Assembly: GCA_964187785.1 (NCBI GenBank)
Contig: OZ076413.1
Span: forward strand, 45,634,001 to 45,698,000
Length of the DNA: 64,000 nucleotides
Direction of reading: 5' to 3'
DNA from: Amphiscolops sp. MND2022
Taxonomy: Eukaryota
Part shown: positions 25,994-38,599 of the stretch, in pieces
Layout of the letters: each line of letters begins with the position of its first letter
Numbering within the stretch: the first letter of the stretch is position 1
Program-made: the position numbers and the translations under genes
The notes under the pieces: generated by a model
Told to the model about the DNA's origin: nothing
The model's database searches: none
What the model saw: only the letters and a program-made list of their open reading frames with translations

Positions 25994-26124
25994 TAACATA
26001 GCCTACCTTGATTTCGCTGGGAAGAAATTAACTAGAGCGTTAAACACGCAAGTGCAATGAAATAAGGCACAGTAAGAGTAATATAAAGGTTAGGAAACTT
26101 AGTCACAAAAAATCCTTATTGAAA

Positions 26125-29100
26125 TTAGCATCGAATATTTTTTTAATTTATGCACCGGACGATTATAACTTCCAGTAGTTGTTTTGACTTTTACAACTCT
26201 CACGAATTTGTCTGCACATTGTAGACATGGTGAATTTTCGCCAATGGCCACTGCAGAGGAGGAACATTGTCGTCAGTAACGAGACAATATCACCAACTTT
26301 CAGGTTAGAAGTTTCTAGCATCCATTTATTTCTTTCTTGTAGGGATATTACATACTCTTTGACCTATCTTCTCTAAAAATGAGAGACCATATTCTGGATT
26401 TGTATCACCTTTTTGTGGGTGACTGTCTATTGTCAGGATTTTTGGTATCAGTAGTCTGGCTCATGGGTAAAGTCTCCAACTTTCCGCTCAAGCAGAAATG
26501 AGCAGGAGATAAGAAAAACTCGTCATTTGGATCTTCTGATAATGGGCAGATTGGTCTGGAAATCATTGGTCAAAATCATTTCAATTTGACAAAGCAGAGT
26601 ACATAATGCTTCGAAGAAGAAAATGTTGTTTCCCATAACATTTCGGAGATGTATCTTTGCTTACTTGATTGGTGATTCCCATAGGCCACCAAAGTGAGGA
26701 GCTCTTGGAGGGATAAAGAACCTTTTGATGTGCAATCCTGCTGCTTCAGCCTGCAAGAAGTCACAGTGTTCATCTTTTAGTATCCTTTGCAGGTCGGCAA
26801 TTTCTTTCTGCGAGCCAAAGAGGTTTTTCCCATTATTACTGTAATGATTTTTAGGACAACCTCTACCAGAAACGAACCTTCTAATGGTGGCAATACATGT
26901 TGCTCTACTGATAGCAGCGACTAGTTCCAGGTGAACTGCTTTACTAGCAACGCATACCAAAAGTGCTAAGTAAGACTTTTCAGGAGAATTTCGAGATTTC
27001 CTACAAAGGAAAGGACCAGGAAAGTCTAGGCGTACATCCTCAAAGGCTTTCACAGAGGGTCCACTCTTCCCTTTGGAAGATCTCCCATCAAAGGGAAAAC
27101 TGGTTTCGAGTTGAAGCGATTACAATTGACACAACTCATTATCATTTTTCGAACCAAATTTCTACAACTGGGAATACAGAAACGAGTTCTAATGTGAGCA
27201 AATGTTTGACTAGTCCCACCATGGAGTGTCAGCTCGTGAGAAAATCAATACAGTTAGACGTGCGAGGTGACTGTCTTGAGGAATTAGTCTTTGAAACTGG
27301 CTTTCTTCGGGAAACTTTGCATGTACTAATCTTCCTCCGACACAAAGAATATCATTATCGAGAAACGGGTATTTTTTGCAGATGTGACTCTTAGGCTTAA
27401 CTTGTTGCGCCATTTCTAGACTTTGGATTTCTTCCGAATTTCGTTTCTTTTGTTCCTGACGAATCAAAGACATGATTGACTTAGTTAACTCTGGGGCAGT
27501 AATGTAACTTGGTAAAACAACCAAATTTTTCTTTACTTTGTCGGTAAATCGTCTAGCATGAGCAAGTATTCGGAGTACCTTGTATAAGGACTTAAACTTC
27601 GACAAATCAATAACATCTTTTTTGGTATGCTTGAGAGCAACAGTAGTGTGAAAATTGGTAATATCTGTTGTTAGAGTCAACTTTTTTCAACTCGTCAGAC
27701 GTTTCACCAAATGACAATGATTTGGGAAATTCTCCTGATTCTAACCTTTTCGGGCCATTCCACCATAAATCAAGCTGATTTATTTGCTCAGGGTGGATTC
27801 TCCAAGATGCAGGATCAGCATCAGGGTTCTCCTCGGAACACACAAGATTCCAATTCAACTTCTTTTCACTTTGAATTTCACTAATTCGGTTTGAAACAAA
27901 AGTTGACCAGCGAGATGGTGCTTTTGACAACCAACAGAGAACTATTGTTGAATCAGTCCAAAGGAAAATGTCTTCAATAACAACTGGTGTTTGAGCAATT
28001 GACTTGATGAGAGACTGAATAATCTAGTACCCATCAAAGCAGCACATAATTCCAATCTTGGAACAGATTGTGTTTTCACGGTGGTTACCTTGGTTTTGGC
28101 AACAACCAAAGATTCCTTCCGCCTGCCATGAGAATCAGCGGCGACAATATAAATGCAAGCAGCATAGGCCCTTTCTGAGCATCACAGAAGAGGTGCATCT
28201 CAATTTTGTCTAAGAATCCATCAAGCAATATGAATCGTTGCAATTCCACGTCCTTTAAAGAGATCAATTTCAATCTCCACTTCAAATAATGCTCTGCAAG
28301 TTCGGAAGGAAGTTGATCATCCCATGAAATCTTTGCTTCCCAAGCCTTTTGCAGTAACTGTTTCAAGAAAATTGTAACTGGTGATAACCAACCCAAAGGG
28401 TCAAGGGTCTTTGAAATGTCACTGAGCATTTATTTGTCTTTTGGTTAGATTCTTTCTTTCAAAGTTATTCCTTTCAATATGGGAAACGTCGAAAACGAAG
28501 CAATCTTCACTGTGTTGCCAAACAATACCAAGCGTTTTTATTGTATGGTCTTTGTCTAGAAATTCTAATTTATCATTTGCTTCGCGGTATTTCGGTGGGA
28601 GATCAAGAAAAATGCCTGATTCTTTTGAAGTCCACTTGCGGAGATCGAATCTTCCTCGTTTAAGAGTTTCTACAAATTGCTTTTGGAGTACTCGAGCATC
28701 TTTGATCGAATTGGCTCAGGTGAGAATGTCATCAACATAAAAATCTCTCAATATAGCTCTTTGCACCTCAGTGGGTACTTCCGAAAGATTGGCACATTCT
28801 CGCAAAGACCGGATGGAATTATACGATAAAGAATCTACGCTATCGAGTCATGCGTAAAGTTTCGACAGGACCGTCAGCTGTAAATCTCCGAAGAATTCGA
28901 TGATAGTCTCAATTGGCTTTATCTAGCTCAACTTGCCGATACATCATCGCTACATCAGCTGATAAAGCAACCTTGAAGAAACGGTATCGTACAAGAAAAC
29001 TGAATAAATCATCCTGAAGTTTGGGGCCAACTAGCAAACAATCATTAAATGAAAAACCAGTCGTCGTATCAGCGCAAGCGTCAAATACAACTCGCAACTT

Positions 29101-31312
29101 GGTGGTGGTACTATCTTCTTTCAGTACACAATGATGAGGCCGGTAAAAGTTTGGAAAATTGGTAATCTCCCCGGGTTGGACCTTCTCCAAGTGTCCAAGG
29201 GCAATAAATTCTTGAATAAAAGCTGAATACTTCCAAAAAAGATCAGCATTGTGGCGCAAAGTGTATTCAAGGCAAATGAAACGTCTTCATTGCGTCTAGT
29301 TGTGATATCGAAGTGCTCTTCAAAACGACGTTCATACAAAGTTAAGAGTCTAGTTTTAGGAACACTTTCTATTTCCCAAAATTTCAAAAGAAAATTTTCA
29401 GATTCACAGGTTGAAGTTGTAGTCATGTGGGAGACAACCTTGTCACTGCCAGACGAGTAGACAGGACCCAACACAACCCAACCGAATATTGAATCCCGAA
29501 TGCACAAAACGTTATCCTTTATTTAGTTGTCAAACGAAATATCTTTTATATCATCTGCACCTTGCAAGAGATCAATTTTATTGGGAACGCTGAATGTGGG
29601 ATTAGCTAAACTGAGGTTGTTCACATGGCGCATGGTCGAAACGTCGATTTCTTTATCGGGTATGGTATTCGAGATTTTCGGTATGAGATGAAGATTAACT
29701 TCGATAGTGTCATCCAACTTCACTGGCAATATGCCTCGAGTCTTTTGATAATGGGAATAACCCATGGTTGAAACATTTATTTAGCTGCGCTGAGTTGGCA
29801 GCATGAGCGCTTTTGCAACATCTTCTGTTATGAAACTGGCTTGTGAACCAGAACCTGAGAGAGTCCACATCTTTATCGGTTCTCCCAATGAACTTCGAAT
29901 TGTTACAAGAGATGTAGAGAGAAAAACAGTGTTAATTTCACTGTCAGCACTGAAGTGCCCTGTGGTGAATTGCTTGGTAGAATCCATTTTGTTGGAAGTT
30001 GAATTCATACTTGAATATGTCTTTTTTGTGATGTGTTGAACAGGGAGCTGTTTCAGATGTCGATGAAGCATAGTGTGGCCTTTCAGTTTGCACTCACGTC
30101 AAGTGAACTTAGATGGGCAGGCATTATACGAGTGTCCTGATTGGAAGCAGTTGAAACAGAGTTTTTTGTCTTTTACGAACTCATGTCTATCATCAAGACA
30201 CATTCCTTTGAATTGTGAACAAGCGTAAAGGCGATGATCCTCCTGATAAGATTCGCACGTTGTGCCTTGAACAGCATAATTCTGAACCCTTTTGGTCAGA
30301 GTTTGATTCCCTTGGTTGCAGGGAGGAGTCAAACTTGGTTGCGGTATGACTTTTGTTCCACTCGGTCCGAGTGCACGGCTTCTTGTGTCAAGGAATTTCG
30401 ACAATACTTCCTAACACAAAACGTCAATGCCGGGATTATCCAGCTGCCACTGCTTACGTGACTCTGGATCCATCTTGTTCGTCAGAACTAAAACTAAGAT
30501 AGCATTCCAGTGCTCTACTTGTTGACCAAGTTCAACGAAAGCTCGTAAATGCTCATTGGTGAGTTCCAGAAGTTTTCTCTTTCCAAGAGCGAATTCGGTT
30601 TTTAACACCGGCAGCTATCAAATTGCTTGCAGATGAGGTTGAATGATGCTCCTTTTATTTTCATATCGATCTTTCAACAATGCCAAGGCAATTTTGTGGT
30701 TTGCGTCAGTTATCGAGATTGAACTAATGAGTCTCGCTGCTTTACCCTTCGCACATGCTTTCAAATAGTTCAGCTTCTCTGAATTGGAGAGATGGGTATT
30801 AGAATCGACGGAGGCCTTGAATAGGTCAAAGAAACTCATCCAGTCAGTGTATGATCCAGTGAGTGTTGGTAGCTGAAGTTTAGGCAACTTTAATCTAATC
30901 TACTCGATATGGCAGAACTTGATGGAGAAGGGTGTGTTGAAAACTCACGCGGAGGTCTATCGCGTTCTTTTTCTGTAATTCTCACTCAATGCAGACAACC
31001 TAGCGATGGTAACACTAGCAGAAACATGGAACTCCGTTTGCTGTTCCAGTTCATTGGCTAAATCATCTTCATCTTCTATCAATAATTCAATTTCCGCATC
31101 GAACTTATGAATCATTGCAATTCTATCTTGTAATGTCTTCAGCAAAGCTTCACTTTGAAACAATTTAGTTGAAGAGTCAGTAGCAGTGACCTTACTTTCA
31201 TCAATTTTCTGTTCCACTCTAGTGAAAGCACCTTGTGATCACCTCGGATGCTAGTAAGTTTTCTATCTTCAGTGGCTGGTTGTATGGAAGCATCACTTTC
31301 AGTAACAGACAT
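26125..31312 (-). pseudogene. Bel/Pao gag-pol polyprotein pseudogene
   Basis: ATG at 31312; 'PKLQLPT..G.YTDWMSFFDLF', 'LCFNCFQSGHSYNAC', 'SGSQASFIT', 'PHHCVLKEDSTTTKLRVVFDA', 'YVDD' (~28730), 'DPLGWLSP', 'FCDA', 'DFPGP', 'PRAPHFGGLWE', 'WPLAKI'. Confidence 0.95.
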
Positions 31313-31628
31313 TTTTCAGATTGGAATACAACACTGTCACGAAAAATAAACAAAGTAAATAATCCTCAAAGTCAAGTCGGTGAGGCCACCGATGAGCTAA
31401 TTGTCCAATGACCACACCGAACTCAACTCACAGGATGAAATAAAAAAACTTCTAACGTTAAGTTGACTTTAAACTCTGCCCTAAAATCTTCTTCAATCTT
31501 CTTTTCCTTTGCGATTTTTTTTTGCTGGGACCTCTTGTAATTTGAGATAAAGCTTTAAGATGGTTTCGGTGCTCCAAAAAAGGAACAAAAACTTTAATTC
31601 GCTACTGGATGAAGTCGGGAATATTCAT

Positions 31629-32066
31629 TCAAAAGAGGAATATCATTCTGTGTTCTACGACAAAGGAGATTTTCTGTGACTCGAATAACAGCGACATCTT
31701 GATCAAGGAGATCATCAAATGCATGGGGTGTGTACCAATACGTTCACAATAGTCTAAGGCTATTATACGTGATTTATATTTTAGCAATTCAGTTGCGAAC
31801 TCTTTAGGGGCAAGAGCTGTATTGTTATTTGATTTATGGGGAGTCAAAAAGTTGTTCAAAATGTCATGCCAAATAACTAAGTGATTCGTATTTTGACGAA
31901 TACCATGATCTAGTAGAAAAGGCAATTTGAGCGTATCACTTTGAGCATAAGGGTTAAAACTCAAGGAAGAAATGGCCGTGATATTGTTTTGACGGGTATT
32001 CCGGTCATCAAAATCCAAGTTGTGTAAAGCTCGTTTTAGTGAACTTGCACCGACTACCTTTATCAT
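31629..32066 (-). CDS. Extra ORF upstream of gag, SGNH/GDSL-hydrolase-like; 3' end probably frameshifted
   Basis: MIKVVGASSLKRAL (block I-like GxS), 'AISSLSF' (block II-like), 'LVIWHDILNN' (block III-like); lies between the PBS and the gag ATG; the frame is open further upstream to 32258. Confidence 0.55.
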   Translation of the reverse strand: MIKVVGASSLKRALHNLDFDDRNTRQNNITAISSLSFNPYAQSDTLKLPFLLDHGIRQNTNHLVIWHDILNNFLTPHKSNNNTALAPKEFATELLKYKSRIIALDYCERIGTHPMHLMISLIKMSLLFESQKISFVVEHRMIFLF

Positions 32067-32413
32067 GAGTGAAATTATATAAATTTCGCTAGGGGGTCGA
32101 TCAGAAACTTCGTAAAAAGGTGACTTTATCTGTATCCGAAATTCGCAAGTGATAATAAAGCATAATTTTTCAGGGGAAACCACTGTTTTTTTCGTCCAAT
32201 AAACAAAAAACTTTTTGGGTTGTAAAATGGAAAGATCTAACCGGAGATTGCCGATCAATCCTGGATTAAGCTGAGACTAACAGGTTGAAAGGTTTGCAGG
32301 TTAGTTATTTGGTAATTAGTTACTTGACAGTCAAAGTGTTACTTTTTTAAGGACAACGTTTGGTACAAAGTTGCTAAAAAGTAGTTTTCCTTCGAAAGTG
32401 CAAGGTTAGGTTG

Positions 32414-32433
32414 CCCGGGTCTATGGCGGACCA
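32414..32433 (-). promoter_or_regulatory. Putative primer-binding site of the Pao element
   Basis: TGGTCCGCC... starts 3 nt after the 5' LTR end; cognate tRNA not identified. Confidence 0.55.
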
Positions 32434-32436
32434 AAG

Positions 32437-32713
32437 TGTGCCTCACCGATAGCCCTAATCTTTCAAAGGCGGACCAGGCCGCTCCATCAGCCAAAAAAGT
32501 ATAAGAAAAGGAAAAAAATATTAAATTTGAAGAGCTTGTGTAAAACAATTAAAACACACAGGATGCGGGAAAAATTAAAGACACGTGAAAGTATTTATAA
32601 AATGCGGGGGAAAAATATTCATCTAAGATACATGTATGATCTCTTTACAATTTTGAACTATCTCTTGAACTTATTGATTTGAAGCAATGACTAATCACTG
32701 AAATTCCAGAACA
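32437..32713 (-). repeat. 5' LTR of the Bel/Pao element
   Basis: Begins TGTTC and ends CACA on the minus strand; matches 25707-25993. Confidence 0.92.
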
Positions 32714-33139
32714 GGTGTCATAACTGTTAGAAAAAGTATGAGCTGATTCCAAAATGTGATGTCGCTATGATGATCTCATATCAAATAAACCCGACGTAAA
32801 AATTGTTTGCCCTAAACATGGTTCCAGGCATCACTGATTTGATTCAACACATTTTACTCACTCTCAGAGTTAAAAAGTTTTTCGATTTGAAACCCGACAT
32901 TCGCCAACTCACTTCGATTTCCCATCAAACTTTTGAAAAGTAAATTGACTATTTGAAACGTAAACAAATCGCGTATCAGAATCCAATACTCAATTCTCAC
33001 CAGTTGTTTCATTTCAGAATCTTTCAAATTCTGTTTTCAACTATTCGAATGAATAAAGGTTCAGCTCTTGTTTCATAACAGTTCTACTTCGATAATTGCA
33101 AAATAAAAACTTTGAAATATTCATTTTTCAATTTTTTCG

Positions 33140-35145
33140 ATGTCAATTCATGTGTTTCAGAGCTGTACACAAGGTCTACACTCTATCGAAGCGTTTCTTA
33201 ATGAAAGCTGCATATACACATTGTCACAACCACCGAACTTCTCAAAATGTTCCCGAATGTTACCTACCTTCCTGGATGCAGGTGAGAAATACTACGTAAT
33301 GGAATTTGGAGAGCTCAAAAGTGTAGCTGACAAAATTTGTGCTGGAAAACTGGTAGGGATAGCAAGACCCATTCACTTTCTCCCAAGGATTTAAATACTC
33401 GGGTTTGAAGGGAAAGAAGAAAATGGGCGCAGGGGAGCTGACTAAACGTTCTGTCAGATAATGGATTTGAGCTCTAATTTTGTTGACTTTGCCTTCACCG
33501 AAACCTGAAATAAAACTAGCATTCTATTTCATTATTTTGTATGGAAAAACCAAGAATTTGAGTCAGAGCGCATCAATACATAGCTCGATGGACTTTGGCA
33601 TATTGTAACCGTCATGCTTTAGAAAGCGTTTTTCCAAGAAGTTTCAAAATTGCAAAAATTGTTCCAGTTTTCAAAGCTGGTGATAGAAAACTGACCTCGA
33701 ATTATAGACCATTTTCAAATTTGGGAAATCTGTCAAAGATATTTGAGAGAATAATACATAGAAGATTGATGAAATATCTTGAAAAACATTCAATTCTTTC
33801 AGATAATCAGTACGGATTCAAAAAAAGAAAGATTCAATACAAGCAGCATCTTTTCTATGGAAACAAATACAAGCGAATTAGAAAGACAAAAATGGAAACA
33901 AACTGTCTTTTTAAGGACTTCAGAAAAGCGTTCGACTCAGTAGATCACGAAGTATTATCACACAAACATGTACCATATTTGTGTTGGAGGTACCTCCCAT
34001 AAACTAATAGCAACTTATTTAGCTGAGAGGTTTCAATATGTGAAAGTAAATGAAAAAAGCTCAGCTATGAAATCAATCAAACGTGGTGTCCCGCAAGGAT
34101 CAATACTAGGTCCCTTTTTATTCCTTATTTATATTGATGATCTCGTGGCAGACGAAAACTAGCAGAGTGAAATCATAAAAAACGCAGATGAAACAGTTTT
34201 GATCGAAAAGCTAGATCATAAATCTCAGGATGGAAAGCTGCTTGAGTGCTGGATGTCTAGAAACGGTGTTTTTGTTTACAAAGTTTACCGTTTTTGAGAA
34301 AAGATCAACTAAACATTGAAACATAGTAATTGGCGACCACGAAATTTCCTCATGTGATAATGTGAAAATTACGAATACCTGGGCTTACATCTCGACAAAA
34401 AACTCAATTTTATGACACATTTCGAAAAATGTCTCTAAGCTAGCGCAACATTGCGGCACACTGTACAAACTAAGAGAAACATTAAACAAAGACCAATCAG
34501 TACAGTATATCCGATCTTATGAATTACCGATAGTTCATTATGGCGTTCTTGTACGGATTGGGAGCGAAAACAAAGATGCAGAAAATGCTACTAATTTCAA
34601 TAAAAGTAATTCGATTTCTCTTACGGATTCCCCCTTGGGACAGCGTTCTCGGAAAATTTATTGAACTGAAAGTTGGAACTGTATTTGAATATCATATCTA
34701 TGAACTATTTAATTTTTCACTGGCGCAAATCAGAAATGGTTTCCAGAATCTTACCATAGGAATTCAACAGAGACAAACAAGGAATGTAAAGTATAATATT
34801 TGGAATTTTTCGGGAAAAAATGATATGCTAGACTCACGAGCAAAAATACTGATGAACGCATTACGTAAATGGGGTGTATTACCTTCGGATAAATTGATAT
34901 GTGAAAAGGATGATAAGCAGTTTGAAAAGTGGTTTCACCAAACATCGGATCTCTATATTTTTGAAAATGGGGAAGTTACGAATCTTATCTGCAGGTATCC
35001 GAAAGTACTGGTGATGGTTTACTTAATCACAAGATCCAGATTTTCAAGAAAAGTGTCATTAATTTTTTGCTGACTGTGAAAGGGCATGATGAAACCTCTG
35101 AAGGAATTTTGAACTATTTTTTACATCTTCATTGCAGCCAATAAA
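33140..35145 (+). mobile_element. Decayed LINE (CR1/L2 group): probable APE N-terminal remnant, large internal deletion, then RT and 3' end
   Basis: 'FPRSFKIAKIVPVFKAGD...NYRP.S.L..LSKIFERII', 'DFRKAFDSVDH', 'GVPQGSILGPFLFLIYI', 'YLGLHLD'; aataaa at ~35140; 33140-33440 weakly resembles an APE N-terminus. Confidence 0.9.
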
Positions 35146-36167
35146 ATTCCGGTTCTTGTTATCGAAAACTCGATCTCAAACTACTTTAGACGCAAAAAAC
35201 GTGAACAATAAAAAAATGGATATTCCGGCTAGAAAGAACAGTTCTATTCATTACGAGTGTAAAAAAATTGAGTACTAGATGTGCAATCTCTACGACACAC
35301 GCACATAAAAACAATTACTTTTGTTCCAATAAGAGGGATCCCTCTTGAAAAGCATAGTGCTTATAGGGGTCCTTATCAGGTGCTTCTTTAAAAATTCGTT
35401 TTGTTTAATTTGTTTTATTGTCTGTTACTTATGACCTCTGATAAAAGACATTTTTTTAATCATTTTTTTTATTATTAATATTATTATTATTAAAATTATA
35501 TACCCTATGGCCAAAAAAAACCAGAAATTTTTGAGCCATAGAGAGTATCGAGATCCAGGCACATAATTTTCGCGTATCAGCAATTCAAGAGCTCATCTTG
35601 CTAAAACGTCATATCTGTGAAATTACAGAAACAGTCCTTACTCTGAAGGCATTTGGATATTACGAATCTATTCGGATGCTACTTGGTGCCTAATTAAAAG
35701 CTGAAATTTATTCGAAAGTTGTTTCCTGTGGAGGAATCTTTGAAAACTTGTCGTTAACAACTTGTCGAAACAATTCACAGAAAACACATGGTCGAAAATC
35801 CAATGCGAAAAACTTGTCGCAAAGCAACTCACCGAAAAATTTTTGCGGTACAAGTACAGTATATAGTCTCAGCCAAAAACTAAAGTGCTCGTGTTGTAGT
35901 CCTTTCGTTACTACCCGTTTAGCAAATTTATTCCACTTTAACCAAGGTCCCAGGCGTCCGCCTGTGATGGCAACATATATTCAATTTGCCACAATTATCA
36001 GCGGGCCCTCCCTAACACAATCCCACTGAATTTAGATTTTCCCACTGCCAATAAAATTATATGTTATTGTTTTATGTTTTAACATGTAATTTAGTTATAA
36101 CAAAGTTGCTACAATTATGAGATGTGCATTCAATTTATATGTACGTTCTGTAAATGATATTAACTAG

Positions 36168-37461
36168 ACTCCAAGGCGTACAGGCAAAGGAAACGTGTTC
36201 AAATGTTTCTTTATTGCCTGTCGTCTTGGACAGCCAGTCCTATTAAAAATCAACCAATCAGCAGCGAGTATATCTCAATATAATGTGCCGTGAATGCTTT
36301 CATTTAAAGGCCGTACTCGGCGGTTCAAATAATTGGAGCGACCAACTAAGGCTGTGGGACGTTCAGTCCTGAATTAGATTAAAGTGAACACAGCCAAAAT
36401 GAATGATTGAATGCGGCCCTTATGATCTATTGGTAGTAGTTGTACATGAATATTTATGCACGAGATCATTGCTGGAAATAATGTACTTTGTATGAAAGTG
36501 GACATGCTGTCCTTTCTGACCTTTTTTCCATATGTGCCAATAAGAAACATGCTTGACCTAGATGGATCACTATATTATTTGTGTCAAACCAAGTTACATT
36601 GAAACATGTAGTTAGTTAAAACTTATTGATGCATATATACAATTGGATACGTAATATTTTTGAAGTATCTGTCAAGGCGGTGTAAACAAACTTTGCCGCT
36701 TGATGGCACTATTTAGAAAAGTTGTCATGATGATACTAATATTAGAATGGAGAATTACGCCACCAGGCATTTGTAGTAACACGATGTACTATCTGTTGCT
36801 ATTTTTGAATCGGTGTTCTAAAAATAACTCCATGACCCCCTATGTTTTGAATGTCATGCATAACCTAGTATAAATACCCGGGACTCCTAGTCCCAGGGAC
36901 GAGAATACAAATTGATTCACCTCAAAACAGCTGATACAAAGTCTGATTTACAAGCCAAAGGTAATAAACATCTTTCTTCTTGGAACAATTTCTTATGCCT
37001 TCCATAAGAAGACAAATGGCGAAAACTAGAAAGTCAAGGGTGATGGACATGATGTCCGACTTTGAAAATATGGACAAAATACATAGAAATGAAAATACCA
37101 ATCCTATTGAACGTGATTTATCTGATGTTATTGGGACTCAGAAAACCATTGCGACGATGAGTCAAATTCACAGTTTAGAGAAAATCATCCTCAGGGAAAT
37201 GGAAGTAGAATTCCAGGATAGGCTCCAGGAAACAATGGAAACTTTCACTAGTGAAATTAATATGGACCTTTCTCAGGAGATGGATTCAATAATGTCTATG
37301 ATGCACACCCAGATTATTAGAGCAAAAAACTTAGCCAATGCTGAAAGAGTTATACCAGAGTTCCAGAACAATGTAAGCTCTATGTCTTCTTCAGGGAACA
37401 GGAACACTGAGTCCGGTTTGTGTTATCGATCTGAGAGACAACAAGGACCATAGTCCTTACA
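36168..37461 (+). repeat. 5' LTR (~1.3 kb); 5' terminus degenerate; lacks ~80 bp present in the 3' LTR
   Basis: Collinear with 50162-51567; TATAAATA at ~36869; ends 'agtccttaca'. Confidence 0.92.
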
Positions 37462-38598
37462 TGGAGACAGGAGCTACCGAAACCCAACGGCAAATTCCTG
37501 ATATCCTGAATGCGAATCCTTTCACACCCGAACCTGGAGCGACAAGACTCCATCCACAATGTCTTTCTGGAAACCACTGTGCCAGCCCCAGAACCTGAGG
37601 TGCCTGAAACCCCCCAGGACCCATTAAACAGGTTGGCTGACGTACTGGTCAACGTCCTGAATAAACCACAACCAATGACAATCCGACCACTCATGACCAC
37701 TCCAACGACGTTTGATGGGAAGAGTGAAAAATTTGAGCCCTTCGAGGACTTGTTCCATACAATTAAAAAAATGCAACCAGCAATTACTGAACGAAAAAAA
37801 ATCAATCATTTCCACTCATTTTTGCGAAAACGAGCATTACAGACATTCAGGAACATAAACTCAATAAATCGCCAAACCTTGGAGGACGTGCTGGTCATTT
37901 TCCGGAGAAAATACATGAAACCGGAGTCACAAGCAACGGCAAAACACAAATGGCACAGGCTCATTTTTGACCCTAATACCATGAAACTGCCGCAATTCTT
38001 GGAAGAATTGAACCAAGGGGACAAAAAAGCCTTTGTTGAAAACGCCAAGAACATGATTGATAGCCTGTTGTATGCAAAACGGTCTCCGAAATTGAAACGA
38101 TTTGTCAACATGACCCGTCTGGAGAAAGGGACATATGAACAGATCGTAGCACATCTTGGGAGAGATCTTGAACTCAATGAATTAGAGAAATCAGAGGTAT
38201 TACCAATGGCCACAATGTCATCGGCGTCTACAAGCTGCCGCAACTTGCTGTCCAATGGTATTGACGCAAACAAAAGTTCCCATTGCTCTTACTGTAAGGC
38301 CAATGATCATTTCTGGAAGAACTGACCGAAATTCAAAACGAAAAAGGGAATGGAGGACAAGAATTGCAAAAAACCACTGCGTAAAACATTGCCACCATGT
38401 GATACTTGTAGTAAAAAGAGTCACCAAACAGAAAGATGTTCGCGGGGCGCTGGTGCTCATCTACGTCCTAAAAGGACCCGACCTGATGATAAAGCCAATG
38501 ACGCTTCAAGGGAGGAAGGAACATCCAAAAAAGCAAATAATGCTGCAACATCCACTTCAGGCCAAACAAACTCAAAGAAGCCTGATTCAAAAAACTAA
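36995..38598 (+). pseudogene. Gag-like ORF starting inside the LTR (frameshifted)
   Basis: MPSIRRQ... in the LTR, reads 'SPYMETGA' across the LTR/PBS boundary, then 'TTFDGKSEKFE.FEDLF', Zn knuckles 'CSYCKANDH..' and 'CDTCSKKSHQTERC'. Confidence 0.85.
37462..37475 (+). promoter_or_regulatory. Putative primer-binding site
   Basis: TGGAGACAGGAG directly after the LTR's terminal CA; similar to, not identical with, the tRNA-Leu-type PBS TGGTGTCAGGAG. Confidence 0.65.
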
Positions 38599-38599
38599 G

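Larger units (their letters stand above)
25707..32713 (-). mobile_element. Structurally complete, decayed Bel/Pao LTR retrotransposon (~7.0 kb)
   Basis: Two ~280 bp TG...CA LTRs; flanks ggtgc / ggtgt (5-bp TSD, 1 mismatch); gag-PR-RT-RH-IN order. Confidence 0.95.

Noticed and set aside
36961..36986. ~25-nt intron before the LTR ORF start
   Set aside because: GT is present only in the 5' LTR and neither LTR has the terminal AG; needs a family consensus
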